Below are positions 28,531 to 37,755 of a DNA stretch of 64,000 bases, one piece after another. The notes below the pieces were generated by a model. The model was given only the letters and a program-made list of their open reading frames with translations, was not told where the DNA came from and did not search any database. The DNA comes from Myxococcota bacterium. Its GTDB lineage: Bacteria; Myxococcota_A; UBA9160; UBA6930. The DNA lies in contig OZ245002.1 of the NCBI GenBank assembly GCA_965223415.1, positions 2,688,001-2,752,000 of the forward strand, given 5' to 3'. The translations under genes and the position numbers were made by a program. Positions within the stretch are counted from its first letter, which is position 1. Every line of letters begins with the position of its first letter.

Positions 28531-30360
28531 GTGGCGAGGTCGATCGCGTTCGTTGTCCTGGCTTGCGCGCTCGTGGCGTGCGCCACCTTCGCGCCGGAGC
28601 CGCCGGCACCGCCCGCCGCCGACCGCGCCACCCACCGGGAGCTCCCGGCGGGCGAGGTGATCGGCTCGGTGAGCGCGCGGGGGGCGCACGTGTGGCGGGG
28701 CCTGCCCTTCGCGGCGCCGCCGGTGGGCGAGCTGCGCTGGAAGGCGCCGCGGCCCGCACCCGCCTGGACCGGCGTGTTCCAGGCGCTCGAGAGCAGCCCG
28801 CCTTGCGTACAGCCCGTGACCTTCCTGGCCCGGCAGGACACGGCCCGGGACAGCGGCCTCCTCGGCGACGAGGACTGCCTCTACCTGAACGTCTACGCCC
28901 CGCCCTTCGACCTCGGTGAGGTGCCCGCGGGCGGCGCGCGCCGTCCGGTCATGGTGTGGATCCACGGCGGCGGCAACGTGATCGGCGAGGGCTCGACCTA
29001 CGACGGCAGCGTCCTCGCGACGCGCCACGGCGTCGTGGTCGTGACGGTGAACTACCGCCTCGGCCCCCTCGGCTGGATGCGCCACCAGGCCCTGCGCAGC
29101 ACCGGGCAGAACGAGCTCGACGCGTCGGGCAACTTCGGCACCCTCGACCTGGTCGCCGCGCTGCAGTGGGTGCGCACGAACGTGTCGGCCTTCGGCGGCG
29201 ATCCCGGCAACGTGACGATCTTCGGCGAGAGCGCCGGCGGCCTCAACACGATCAGCCTGCTCCTGGCGCGCCCCGCAGCCGGGCTCTTCCACCGCGCCAT
29301 CGCCCAGAGCGGCGGGACCTGGTCGTCGAGCCCCCAGGAAGCGGAGCACTGGGCCGACGCGAGCCCGCCGGGCAAGCCGTGGAGCTCGAACCAGCTCGCG
29401 GCGGCGCTGGTGGAGACGGACGGGCTGGCAGATGGCGCGACCGCAGCGCGTGCCCATGTGGAGGGCGGGACCGACGACCAGCTCGCAGCCTACCTGCGCG
29501 GCAAGACCGCCGACGAGATCTGGGCGCCGCTGGTCGCGGGCGGCGAGGGCGAAGCGAACCTCTTCGACGATCTGCCGATGATGTTCCGCGACGGCACGGT
29601 CCTCCCCTCCCGCCCGTTCCACGACGCCTTCGGCCGCGGCGAGCACCACCGGGTGCCGATCGTGCTCGGCACCAACCGGGACGAGACCAAGGCCTTCATG
29701 TCCGGCGATCCGGAGTACGTGCGAATGTGGTTCGGCTTCATCCCGCAGATCCGCGACTGGGACGTCTTCGAGCGCGACGCCCGCTACACGAGCGACCTGT
29801 GGAAGGCTGACGGCGCCGACGAGATCGCGAGCGCCCTGTACCGCCATCAGCCCGGCGGCGTGTGGGTCTACCGCTTCGATTGGGACGAGGCCGGCAAGCG
29901 GCTCTGGATCGACGTCGGCCGGATGGTCGGCGCGGCCCACGGCCTCGAGATCCCCTTCGTGTTCGGCACCTTCGACATGGGCTTCCTCGCCGCGATGTTC
30001 GACGAGGAGAACGAGTCCGGCCGCCTCCAGCTGTCCGGGGCGATGATGTCCTACTGGACCCGCTTCGCGGCCAGCGGCGACCCGGACCGGGGGCGCGACG
30101 GCGACCTCCCGGCCTGGACGGCCTGGGACGAAGCGACTGACTCGACCCCGCGGACGTTGCTCTTCGACACCGAGGCCGGCGGCGGCGTGCGCATGAGCGC
30201 CGAAACCGTGCGCTTTGACACCCTGGCAGCCGCCATCCGAGAGGATCCGACGCTCAGCGAGGCGGAGCGCTGCGAGGCCCTCGACGACATCGCGGGGCTG
30301 GCGCTGCGGCCCCTTGCGGTGGCGAGCTGCGGCGAGAGCGCGGGCACCGCGGGACGTTAG
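28531..30360 (+). CDS. Type-B carboxylesterase, probable lipoprotein
   Basis: EDCLYLNV, WIHGGG, FGESAGG nucleophile elbow, AAHGLEI; lipobox LVAC. Confidence 0.92.
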   Translation: MARSIAFVVLACALVACATFAPEPPAPPAADRATHRELPAGEVIGSVSARGAHVWRGLPFAAPPVGELRWKAPRPAPAWTGVFQALESSPPCVQPVTFLARQDTARDSGLLGDEDCLYLNVYAPPFDLGEVPAGGARRPVMVWIHGGGNVIGEGSTYDGSVLATRHGVVVVTVNYRLGPLGWMRHQALRSTGQNELDASGNFGTLDLVAALQWVRTNVSAFGGDPGNVTIFGESAGGLNTISLLLARPAAGLFHRAIAQSGGTWSSSPQEAEHWADASPPGKPWSSNQLAAALVETDGLADGATAARAHVEGGTDDQLAAYLRGKTADEIWAPLVAGGEGEANLFDDLPMMFRDGTVLPSRPFHDAFGRGEHHRVPIVLGTNRDETKAFMSGDPEYVRMWFGFIPQIRDWDVFERDARYTSDLWKADGADEIASALYRHQPGGVWVYRFDWDEAGKRLWIDVGRMVGAAHGLEIPFVFGTFDMGFLAAMFDEENESGRLQLSGAMMSYWTRFAASGDPDRGRDGDLPAWTAWDEATDSTPRTLLFDTEAGGGVRMSAETVRFDTLAAAIREDPTLSEAERCEALDDIAGLALRPLAVASCGESAGTAGR

Positions 30361-32726
30361 TCACCTTCGTCGCTCGACTGCCTCGCCAGCGAGTACACAC
30401 GCACCGGGGCGCTCCGCCCGCGAATCGGCAGGAGCCCGCGGTCGCGGAACCCGTGGGCGGCCTCGGCGGCGGCAGCGTGGGTCGCCTCGTCGACGGCGAT
30501 CGCTGCGTCGAGCTCGCGAGTCTGGCCCTGGAGTCGGGCCGCCAGGTTGGTGGTGTTCCCGATGGCGCCCCAGATCACGCGATCGACGGACTGGATGTTG
30601 CCGACGAAGGCGGGGCCGGTCGCCACGCCGACGCCGGCCTCCAGCCGCGCGCCCGGAAGGTCGAGCGCCGCCACCTCGGCCACCGCCTCCCGCGCTGCCG
30701 CGACGGCGCGAGCCTCCTTGTCCGCCAGCTCCCGGGGCGCGCCGAACACGGCCATCAGGCCGTCCCCATGGAACTCCACGACCGAGCCCCCGTGGCGCAC
30801 AACGACCGCGGACGCGCACTCGGTGTAGCGACTCACGGCTTCGAAGATCTGGTCGGGAGTGCGCGATTCCGAGAACGAGGTGTAGCCGCGGATGTCGATG
30901 AAGAGGATCGACACCTCGCGCTCCCGGGCCGGCAGGTCGGCCCCGGCCTCCAGGGCATGCTGCACGGCGCCCGGCACGTAGCGCGCCAGGCGGTCGCGAA
31001 GGCCGGTGCCCTGCTCGATCACCTCGTCGGCGGCAAAGCGCTCGAGCCGGCGTGCTGCCCGCTCGACGGTCGCGCCGAGCCAGACCCGCTCCCGTGCGGC
31101 GTAGAGATCGCCCGACCGCTTGGGCCCGACGAGGATCAGGCCAGCCAGCTCGCGTCCCTCGCCGGGGATGGGCAGCACGACGTCCGGCGCGAGGCTCTCG
31201 AGGAGCCCGCGGGACGCCCCGTCGAGAAAGCCGCGGCGGAGCCACCCGCGCCACGTGCGGCCGTCGACGGCCTCGCCCTCTTCTTCCAGCGCGAGGACGA
31301 GCGTCGCCTCCGGGTCCAGGGCAGGCGGAACGGACGCCCCGCTCGCGACCACGGGCCCGAGCACCTCTCCCATCCGCGCGTAGATCACGCAGCTCTGACA
31401 GCGCAGCAGCTCCGGGAGCTCCTCGCCGAGCAGGCGGAAGAGCTTCTCCGGGCTCTCGACGGCGCCGATCCGCAGGCGCAGCTCGCTCAGGCCCTTCTCC
31501 ATCGCGATGCGATCCCGGTAGACCAGGCGGTCGATCCACGGGGTCAGGACCCGGCGCAAGGGAACCGCCGCCGCCACCAGGGCCACGAGGACGAGCCCCT
31601 GGGCCGTGGCCTCGCCGATCTGGGCCTGGGCCGAGATCACCCGGGCCGTCGCAGGGATGGCCTGGAGCAGCACGGCGAGCATGAGCACCGACACGATCGA
31701 GTACGAGGCCGTCTCCGTGACCAGCCGGTCGATGTCGAGGAAGTCGTCCCGCACGATCGCGATGAGCACGCCGATGGGCACGGCGACGGTCGCGGCGGTG
31801 GCGACCTCGTACACCCAGGTGAGTCGGGGCTCGAAGGCGCCGATCGCGGCGGCGACCAGCACCGGGAAGAGCGCGACGTAGAACCCCAGCAGCACCCACT
31901 TGAGCTGACGCCGGGCCGGCCGGCTGGCCCGGCGGTAGTTGTTCGTGAGCAGCACGACCACCGCTACGGCCAACGCCACGTTGAGGACGAAGACGGTTCG
32001 CAGCCCGAGCCCGCTCGAGAGCGGCCAGCCGAGGAGCCAGCTCGTGGTCGCGGGGCCGAGGGCGACGAAACCCCACGCCCAGTGGCGCCCGAGGAAGGTG
32101 CGGGGCGCTACCTCCGGCGGAAAGAGCTCCATGGCCTGCACGATGAAGGCGAAGAGGCCGAAGGAAGCGGCGAGCGCCAGCAGGAGGGAGAGGACCGTCT
32201 GCCACGGCGTCGCGCCGAAGAAGGTCGCCCACATGAGTCCGTGGGTCACGCCGGCCAGGAACCAGGCCCGGGCATGGCGCGTGCCGCCGCCCCGAAGGAG
32301 CACGGCAACCGCCGCGAGGCCGGAGAAGACGATCATCGGCAGCATGCGCCAGGGCGCGGGCACACGATCGATCTCTACGCGGTGCCGCATCGGACCGCCG
32401 GGCCCCGCCACCGTCACTTCGAAGCCCAGCTCCTCGTCGACCTGGGACCAGGCCGCGGCGACGAAGCCGATGCGACTGGCCCCGGTCAGGTCCAGCTCGC
32501 CCACGCGCAGAAGCTGCGTGCCCGGCGCGAGCGCAGGGTGGCCCTCCGGCGCGCCGGCGAGCCACTCCCGGAAGCGGGGCGGGCCGTCGGGCACGGGTTC
32601 GATCAGGAGCGGCATCCAGCCGATCCGGCCGTCGGCCACCCGCGCCGAGTGGAGCAGGACCGCCAGGGTCCAGAGCGGCACCAGGACCACCAGCAGGGCG
32701 ATGTCGATGCGGCGGAGCGATCTCAC
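30357..32726 (-). CDS. Membrane-bound class III nucleotidyl (adenylate/guanylate) cyclase
   Basis: Multi-TM N-terminus; LFIDIRGYT, EFHGDGLMAVFG, IGNTTNLAARL; GTGA-coupled to lnt. Confidence 0.88.
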   Translation of the reverse strand: MRSLRRIDIALLVVLVPLWTLAVLLHSARVADGRIGWMPLLIEPVPDGPPRFREWLAGAPEGHPALAPGTQLLRVGELDLTGASRIGFVAAAWSQVDEELGFEVTVAGPGGPMRHRVEIDRVPAPWRMLPMIVFSGLAAVAVLLRGGGTRHARAWFLAGVTHGLMWATFFGATPWQTVLSLLLALAASFGLFAFIVQAMELFPPEVAPRTFLGRHWAWGFVALGPATTSWLLGWPLSSGLGLRTVFVLNVALAVAVVVLLTNNYRRASRPARRQLKWVLLGFYVALFPVLVAAAIGAFEPRLTWVYEVATAATVAVPIGVLIAIVRDDFLDIDRLVTETASYSIVSVLMLAVLLQAIPATARVISAQAQIGEATAQGLVLVALVAAAVPLRRVLTPWIDRLVYRDRIAMEKGLSELRLRIGAVESPEKLFRLLGEELPELLRCQSCVIYARMGEVLGPVVASGASVPPALDPEATLVLALEEEGEAVDGRTWRGWLRRGFLDGASRGLLESLAPDVVLPIPGEGRELAGLILVGPKRSGDLYAARERVWLGATVERAARRLERFAADEVIEQGTGLRDRLARYVPGAVQHALEAGADLPAREREVSILFIDIRGYTSFSESRTPDQIFEAVSRYTECASAVVVRHGGSVVEFHGDGLMAVFGAPRELADKEARAVAAAREAVAEVAALDLPGARLEAGVGVATGPAFVGNIQSVDRVIWGAIGNTTNLAARLQGQTRELDAAIAVDEATHAAAAEAAHGFRDRGLLPIRGRSAPVRVYSLARQSSDEGD

Positions 32727-34237
32727 GCCCGGGACCACCCCAGCGAAGCGACCAGGGCGATCAGGGCCAGGCCGACCGACGGCCCGTCCCCGAGAGCGAG
32801 GTAGGGCGAGCCGCCGCCGCCGGTGGGCAGCTCGGCGACCAGCACGGCCTCTCCTCCGATCGGGCCGCGCTTCACGACGGCGCCGCGGGGATCGATCAGT
32901 GCCGAGAGCCCGGTCGGTGTCGCGCGGACCAGGGACCGTCGCGTCTCGATGGCGCGGAAGCGCGCCGCGACGAGCTGCTGCTCCGATGCGCTGGCCGCGC
33001 CGAACCAGACGTCGTTCGAGGGGTTCACCAGCACGTCGGCGCCGGCGCGCACGACCGCGCGCGCCTGGCTCGGGAGCATCGCCTCGGAGCAGAGCAGGGA
33101 TCCGGCGCGGTGCGCGTCGGAGATGCGGATCAGGCGGAGCTCGCCGGGCGAGAGCCGATCGTTGCCGAGCGGGAGCCAGCCACCGAGCGGCTGCGCCTCG
33201 GAGAAAGGCATCAGCTCCACCTTGTCCGCGGTCCCGGCGATCCGTCCACGACTCAGGGCGAAGAGCGCGTTGTATGCGCGTCCCGCCTCCTCCCGCGGCG
33301 CGCCGACGAGCAGGCCCGCGCCGAGCGCGCGGCTCAGGCGGAGGAGGTCGCGGGCGCGGGTGGTGCGTCCGTCGGGGCGAAAGTCGGCGGCGCCCTCGGG
33401 CCACACCACCCAGTCCGGCGCGTAGCTCCGTACGGCCTCCCGGGTGGCCGCGGCGTAGGTGACCAGGTTGCGCTGCGAGTCGGCCAGTGTCTCGAGGCTC
33501 TGGGGTGCGTGGCCGATCTGCACGACGGCGACGCGCAGCGTCGGCTCGGCGATCGGCACCGTGTGGAGACGCCACGCGCCGTAGCCCCACGCCGCCCCCA
33601 GGGCCGCCGCGACGGCGACGAGCTCCCGCAGCCGCACCCGGCCGAGCAGCGCTCCGGCGAGGGCGGCGTTGACCGCGGCGACCAGCGCACCGAGCCCCCA
33701 CGGCCCGGCCAGGTCGGCGGCTTGGACCAGGGCCCCGTCCATGGGGAGGCCATAGGCCGTCAGCGCCCACGGGTTGGGAACGAGCAGACGGACCCGGGCC
33801 CATTCGCAGAGCATCCACGCTGCCGCGACCGGGAGGACGCCCGCCTGGGGCCCGAAGCGCGAGAGCACGGTGCCGAACACCGCCGTGTAGCCACCCACGA
33901 TCCCCACCGAGGCGACGGCCGCCGTCGCGAGGCGCACCTCCGGGGCCAGCTCGAAGTAGCGTCCGATGAGCTCGGGAAGCCAAGGCGCCGTCCCGGCGGT
34001 GACGCCGAAGCCCCAACACAGGCCCGCCAGGGCCGCCCGGCCGGGTGGGCTCGATGCCGCCACGGCGAAGAAGGGGGCCAGCGCCACCCAGACCACCGGG
34101 CTCCAGCCGAGCGGCGGGAACGCTGTCGCGTAGGCCAGCCCGGACCCGAGCGCGACGACGGGGCCGACCCACCCGGCCGTCCATGACCTCGGGGGAGCCT
34201 CGTCACGCGCACCCGCTGGGCTGGCGAAGGCCTGCAT
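32723..34237 (-). CDS. lnt: Apolipoprotein N-acyltransferase
   Basis: TM region plus nitrilase triad motifs VWPE, DKVELMPFSE, LLCSE; NPSNDVWF, RAIE, TGLS; start uncertain (34237-34258). Confidence 0.88.
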   Translation of the reverse strand: MQAFASPAGARDEAPPRSWTAGWVGPVVALGSGLAYATAFPPLGWSPVVWVALAPFFAVAASSPPGRAALAGLCWGFGVTAGTAPWLPELIGRYFELAPEVRLATAAVASVGIVGGYTAVFGTVLSRFGPQAGVLPVAAAWMLCEWARVRLLVPNPWALTAYGLPMDGALVQAADLAGPWGLGALVAAVNAALAGALLGRVRLRELVAVAAALGAAWGYGAWRLHTVPIAEPTLRVAVVQIGHAPQSLETLADSQRNLVTYAAATREAVRSYAPDWVVWPEGAADFRPDGRTTRARDLLRLSRALGAGLLVGAPREEAGRAYNALFALSRGRIAGTADKVELMPFSEAQPLGGWLPLGNDRLSPGELRLIRISDAHRAGSLLCSEAMLPSQARAVVRAGADVLVNPSNDVWFGAASASEQQLVAARFRAIETRRSLVRATPTGLSALIDPRGAVVKRGPIGGEAVLVAELPTGGGGSPYLALGDGPSVGLALIALVASLGWSRA

Positions 34238-34307
34238 CGACGAGATCATAGGCGGCACCGGGGCGCGCGAGCCCGGAGGGAACCTGCCCGGCTCGGGCGC
34301 CGATCGC

Positions 34308-34323
34308 TGTGAAGGGATTCACA
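34308..34323. promoter_or_regulatory. CRP-type binding site
   Basis: TGTGA-AGGGAT-TCACA, exact TGTGA-N6-TCACA; candidate -10 TACCAT at 34347-34352. Confidence 0.75.
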
Positions 34324-34384
34324 CCCACGGCGCGGTCGATCGACGCTACCATGCGGCGTCGTTCCCCTGGATACGGAGGTCTCG

Positions 34385-35071
34385 ATGCGACGGCTGTACC
34401 GAGCGATCGCGATCCTGATGCTCTTCGGAGTCGCGGCCTGGGCGAGCATCCCCGGCGCCACCCCGGGAAAGAACGCCGAGGGCCTGCTCCATGCCTGCGT
34501 CGACCACGAGCCGGGCCACCCGGAGTACATCGTCTGCGACGACCAGATCGGTGGCCAACGCGACGCGCCCTACACGGGCGCGGAATGCACCGCGGCGGGC
34601 CTGCCGCCGGTGTGCGTGATCGACTTCGTCGATGGCGCCCGGGCGCGCGGCCTGCTGACCCTCGTCTCCGACGAGACGGCCACCGGAGCCCGCGCCACTG
34701 CCACCTTCCGGTTCCGCGCCGGCGGCGTCCGTCACATCCTCGCCGACACCTTTGCCGACGACGTGCTCGGCAACTGGAACGGGATCACCAGCATCCTCGG
34801 CGAGGCGGCGGTGTTCGAGCAGGTCCCCTTCGAGGTGGCGCCGCACGAATACCAGTACATGACAGGCAACCTGGGCCCGATGGCCGACGAGATCACGGCA
34901 ATCGTCGACGCTGCGAGGCCCGCCGTCGACCTGAGCGGAGCGGTCCCCGTGTTCGTCGACATGGTGCCGAACCCGGACTCCTTGGAATCGGACCAGTCGG
35001 GCTTCGACGAGCCGCTGGCCTCCGTCGGCCGCCATCGGATCGAACTACACTTCGCGCGGCTGCGGCCCTGA
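34385..35071 (+). CDS. Secreted hypothetical protein, paralog 1
   Basis: GGAGG RBS; signal peptide ending AWA; 4 Cys; ends FARLRP. Confidence 0.85.
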   Translation: MRRLYRAIAILMLFGVAAWASIPGATPGKNAEGLLHACVDHEPGHPEYIVCDDQIGGQRDAPYTGAECTAAGLPPVCVIDFVDGARARGLLTLVSDETATGARATATFRFRAGGVRHILADTFADDVLGNWNGITSILGEAAVFEQVPFEVAPHEYQYMTGNLGPMADEITAIVDAARPAVDLSGAVPVFVDMVPNPDSLESDQSGFDEPLASVGRHRIELHFARLRP

Positions 35072-35091
35072 GCGAAGGGGAGGAGAGCACC

Positions 35092-35787
35092 ATGCGTTTC
35101 CTGAGACACACCGCGGCCGTGGCCGCGCTGGCCGGAGTCGCTGCCTGGGCGAGCATCCCCGGCAACGTGGATCCCCGCTCCTTCGAGGGGCTGCTCCACG
35201 TCTGCGTCGACGAGGAGCCCGGCCATCCCCAGTACATCGTGTGCGACGACCAGGCCGGCGGCTTCCCGGACGCCCCGTACACGGGCGCCGAGTGCACCGC
35301 TGCGGGCTTGCCCGCGGCGTGCGAGATCGACTTCATCCCGGGCGCGAAGGCGAACGGTCTGCTCACCCTCATCGCCGACGACACGCCCTTCCCCGAGAAC
35401 CCGCGCACGACGATCCTGTATCGCTTCCGTGCGGGAGGTGCGCCGCACCTGGTGGCGGACACGTTCGACACAGACTCCCTGGGCAACTGGAATGCGCTCA
35501 ACATCGACGGCGGCGAGATCGCGGTGTTCGGGAACATCAGCACCCAGGACACCTCGGTCACCGAGTTCCAGTTCATGGACGGCAACCTCTCCGATCTCGG
35601 GGACGAGATCACGGCGATCGTCGACGCGGCCGAGCCGGGCATCGACCTCTCGGGAGCGGTCCCGGTCTTCATCGAGGCGACCCACCGGCCGGACAAGCTC
35701 GAGTCCGACCAGTCGGCCTTCGACCAGCCGCTGGCCTCGCTCGCCCGGCATCGGATGAAGGTCCGCTTCGCGAGACTGCGCCCCTAG
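35092..35787 (+). CDS. Secreted hypothetical protein, paralog 2
   Basis: GGAGG RBS; aligns with paralog 1 (EGLLHxCVD, PGHPxYIVCDDQ, APYTGAECTAAGLP, DLSGAVPVF, LESDQS); ends FARLRP. Confidence 0.85.
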   Translation: MRFLRHTAAVAALAGVAAWASIPGNVDPRSFEGLLHVCVDEEPGHPQYIVCDDQAGGFPDAPYTGAECTAAGLPAACEIDFIPGAKANGLLTLIADDTPFPENPRTTILYRFRAGGAPHLVADTFDTDSLGNWNALNIDGGEIAVFGNISTQDTSVTEFQFMDGNLSDLGDEITAIVDAAEPGIDLSGAVPVFIEATHRPDKLESDQSAFDQPLASLARHRMKVRFARLRP

Positions 35788-35829
35788 TCCTCGACGCTCA
35801 CGGCCGAGGAGCTAGCGTCGCGGGTTCCC

Positions 35830-36549
35830 ATGAAACCGACGACGATCTTCATCCCTGCCTACCAGGCCGAGCAGACCATCGAGGCGGTGATCGAGCGCGT
35901 TCCCGAGGCGTTCTGGCCCTCGGTGTGCGAGGTGATCGTCATCAACGACGGCAGCCGGGACGACACCAGTGGCGCCGTCCGCCGCGCCGCCGAGCGCTTC
36001 CCGAAGGTACGGCTGGTCGAGGAGCCCGAGAACCACGGCTACGGCGCGGCCGTGCGCAAGGGCTTGCGGCTCTCCCTCGATACGCCGGCCGAGTACGTCG
36101 TGTGCCTGCACGCCGACGGCCAGTACCCGCCGGAGAAGATGCCCGCGTTCGTGCCCTACATGGCAGAGCACGGCATCGACGTGCTGCAGGGCTCGCGCCA
36201 CAAGGAGGGCACAGCGAGCCAGGGCGGCATGCCCTTCTACAAGGTGGTGGCCGGCCAGGTCCTCACGTGGATGGAGAACCGCACCTTCGACCTGGAGATG
36301 ACCGACTATCACTCCGGGTTCATGCTCTACAGCCGGAAGGCGGTGGAGAGCGTCCCCTTCGAGGAGCTCTCCTACTATTTCGACTTCGATCTCGAGGTGA
36401 TCGCCACCGCCCGGGCTCGGGGCCTGGTCGTGGGCGAGCTCGGCATCCCCACCCGCTATGCGGACGAAGAGAGCCACCTGAACCCGATCTGGTACGGCCT
36501 GCGCTGCCTCCGGGTGATGCTGCGCTACCGACTCGGCCGCTACGCCTAG
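35830..36549 (+). CDS. Glycosyltransferase family 2 (DPM1/ArnC-like)
   Basis: IPAY, INDGSRD, NHGYG, HADGQY, GSR, TDYHSG. Confidence 0.9.
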   Translation: MKPTTIFIPAYQAEQTIEAVIERVPEAFWPSVCEVIVINDGSRDDTSGAVRRAAERFPKVRLVEEPENHGYGAAVRKGLRLSLDTPAEYVVCLHADGQYPPEKMPAFVPYMAEHGIDVLQGSRHKEGTASQGGMPFYKVVAGQVLTWMENRTFDLEMTDYHSGFMLYSRKAVESVPFEELSYYFDFDLEVIATARARGLVVGELGIPTRYADEESHLNPIWYGLRCLRVMLRYRLGRYA

Positions 36550-36589
36550 CCGGCTCAAGCCCGGGCACCGCGCGGACGATCCGCTCCCC

Positions 36590-36919
36590 ATGCGGGGCGA
36601 GCCGATCGCGATGAGCAATACCGAGGAGATCCCCGGGCGCCGGATCCGGGAGCTCCACGGCGTGGTGTCCGGCAGCACGGTGCGCGCCAAGCACCTGGGC
36701 AGGGACATCATGGCGGGCCTCAAGAACCTGGTCGGCGGCGAGCTGAAGGGCTACACGGAGCTCCTCCAGGAGGCGCGCCACGAGGCCACCGAGCGCATGC
36801 TCGAGCAGGCCCGCGCCGCCGGCGCGAACGCGGTGGTGAACGTGCGCTTCCAGACCAGCTCGGTGGCCCAGGGCGCGGCGGAGCTGTTCGCCTACGGCAC
36901 CGCGGTCACGGTGGAGTAG
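36590..36919 (+). CDS. YbjQ/UPF0145 family protein
   Basis: GRDIMAGLKNLVGGELKGYTELL, GANAVV, YGTAV. Confidence 0.9.
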   Translation: MRGEPIAMSNTEEIPGRRIRELHGVVSGSTVRAKHLGRDIMAGLKNLVGGELKGYTELLQEARHEATERMLEQARAAGANAVVNVRFQTSSVAQGAAELFAYGTAVTVE

Positions 36920-36922
36920 GGG

Positions 36923-37414
36923 GTGGACGGCGCGCCGGATCCGGTGGGCCCGGGCTTCTGGCTGCGCCTGCTCATGCCCTTCCTGCTGCTGGCCCTGGGC
37001 TTCCTCGTGGGCAAGGCCGTCGAGAGCACGCACCTGCGGCGTCTGCGCCTGCGGGAGATCCGCTGGCGCCGGATCCCGGCATCGACCCTGGACGCCCCGC
37101 CCGACGGCTGGAAGGTCGCCCGCACCGGCCTGGTGGACGGCTCGGTGGTGATCTCGATCGACTACTGGAAGCGCTTCCTCGCGGTGCTGCGCGCGATCGT
37201 CGGCGGCCGCCTCCGCGCCTACGAGTCCCTCCTCGAGCGCGCCCGTCGCGAGGCGCTGCTCCGCATGAAGGAGCGCGCCCACGAGCAGGGCTTCCACGGC
37301 GTCGTGGGCGTGCGTCTCGAGACCGCCCGGCTCGCCAGCGCCAGCCGGGACGGCGAGGGCACGGCGGGGGTCGAGGTGTTGGCGTTCGGGACCGGCCTCG
37401 AGCGCGTCTCCTAG
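36923..37414 (+). CDS. Membrane-anchored YbjQ-like protein
   Basis: N-terminal TM; GGRLRAYESLLERARREA, EVLAFGT. Confidence 0.8.
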   Translation: MDGAPDPVGPGFWLRLLMPFLLLALGFLVGKAVESTHLRRLRLREIRWRRIPASTLDAPPDGWKVARTGLVDGSVVISIDYWKRFLAVLRAIVGGRLRAYESLLERARREALLRMKERAHEQGFHGVVGVRLETARLASASRDGEGTAGVEVLAFGTGLERVS

Positions 37415-37422
37415 GCCTCAGC

Positions 37423-37623
37423 TCAGCCCGGCCGCACGGCGCAGTCGCCTCTGTCACACTGAACGGTGTAGGATTGGCCTTCGCAGCCGAACCGGAAGCC
37501 GTCGCCCGCCTCGGTCAGGCGGGCCTCCGGGCAGACCTCGTGGGCCGCAACGTGGGCAGCGCGCTGGTCGCCGAAGACCAGGTGCAGGACGACGATGACG
37601 ATGGCGACGGGGACGGCGAGCAT
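37423..37623 (-). CDS. Small Cys-rich membrane-anchored/secreted hypothetical protein (66 aa)
   Basis: 3' end of ORF 37423..38304: hydrophobic N-terminus followed by 4 Cys. Confidence 0.5.
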   Translation of the reverse strand: MLAVPVAIVIVVLHLVFGDQRAAHVAAHEVCPEARLTEAGDGFRFGCEGQSYTVQCDRGDCAVRPG

Positions 37624-37703
37624 GGGGATGGCCTTTCTCGGTTTCGCATGGGATGGATCGGGCGCGGCACTCCATGGACGCGCGAGTCGCGAGGAGGTTC
37701 CCC

Positions 37704-37730
37704 GAAACCTTTTCCGTCCTGCGCCGTCTA
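37704..37730 (+). promoter_or_regulatory. ECF-type promoter, probably autoregulatory
   Basis: GAAACC-N15-CGTCTA (AAC-N16-CGT) 25 bp upstream of the ECF gene. Confidence 0.6.
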
Positions 37731-37755
37731 TCAGGAGACGCCCGTTGGAGATGCC

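Noticed and set aside
32727..34184. Apparent 1275-aa cyclase
   Set aside because: The upstream part is an alternative frame over lnt; the GTGA overlap at 32723-32726 marks the true start
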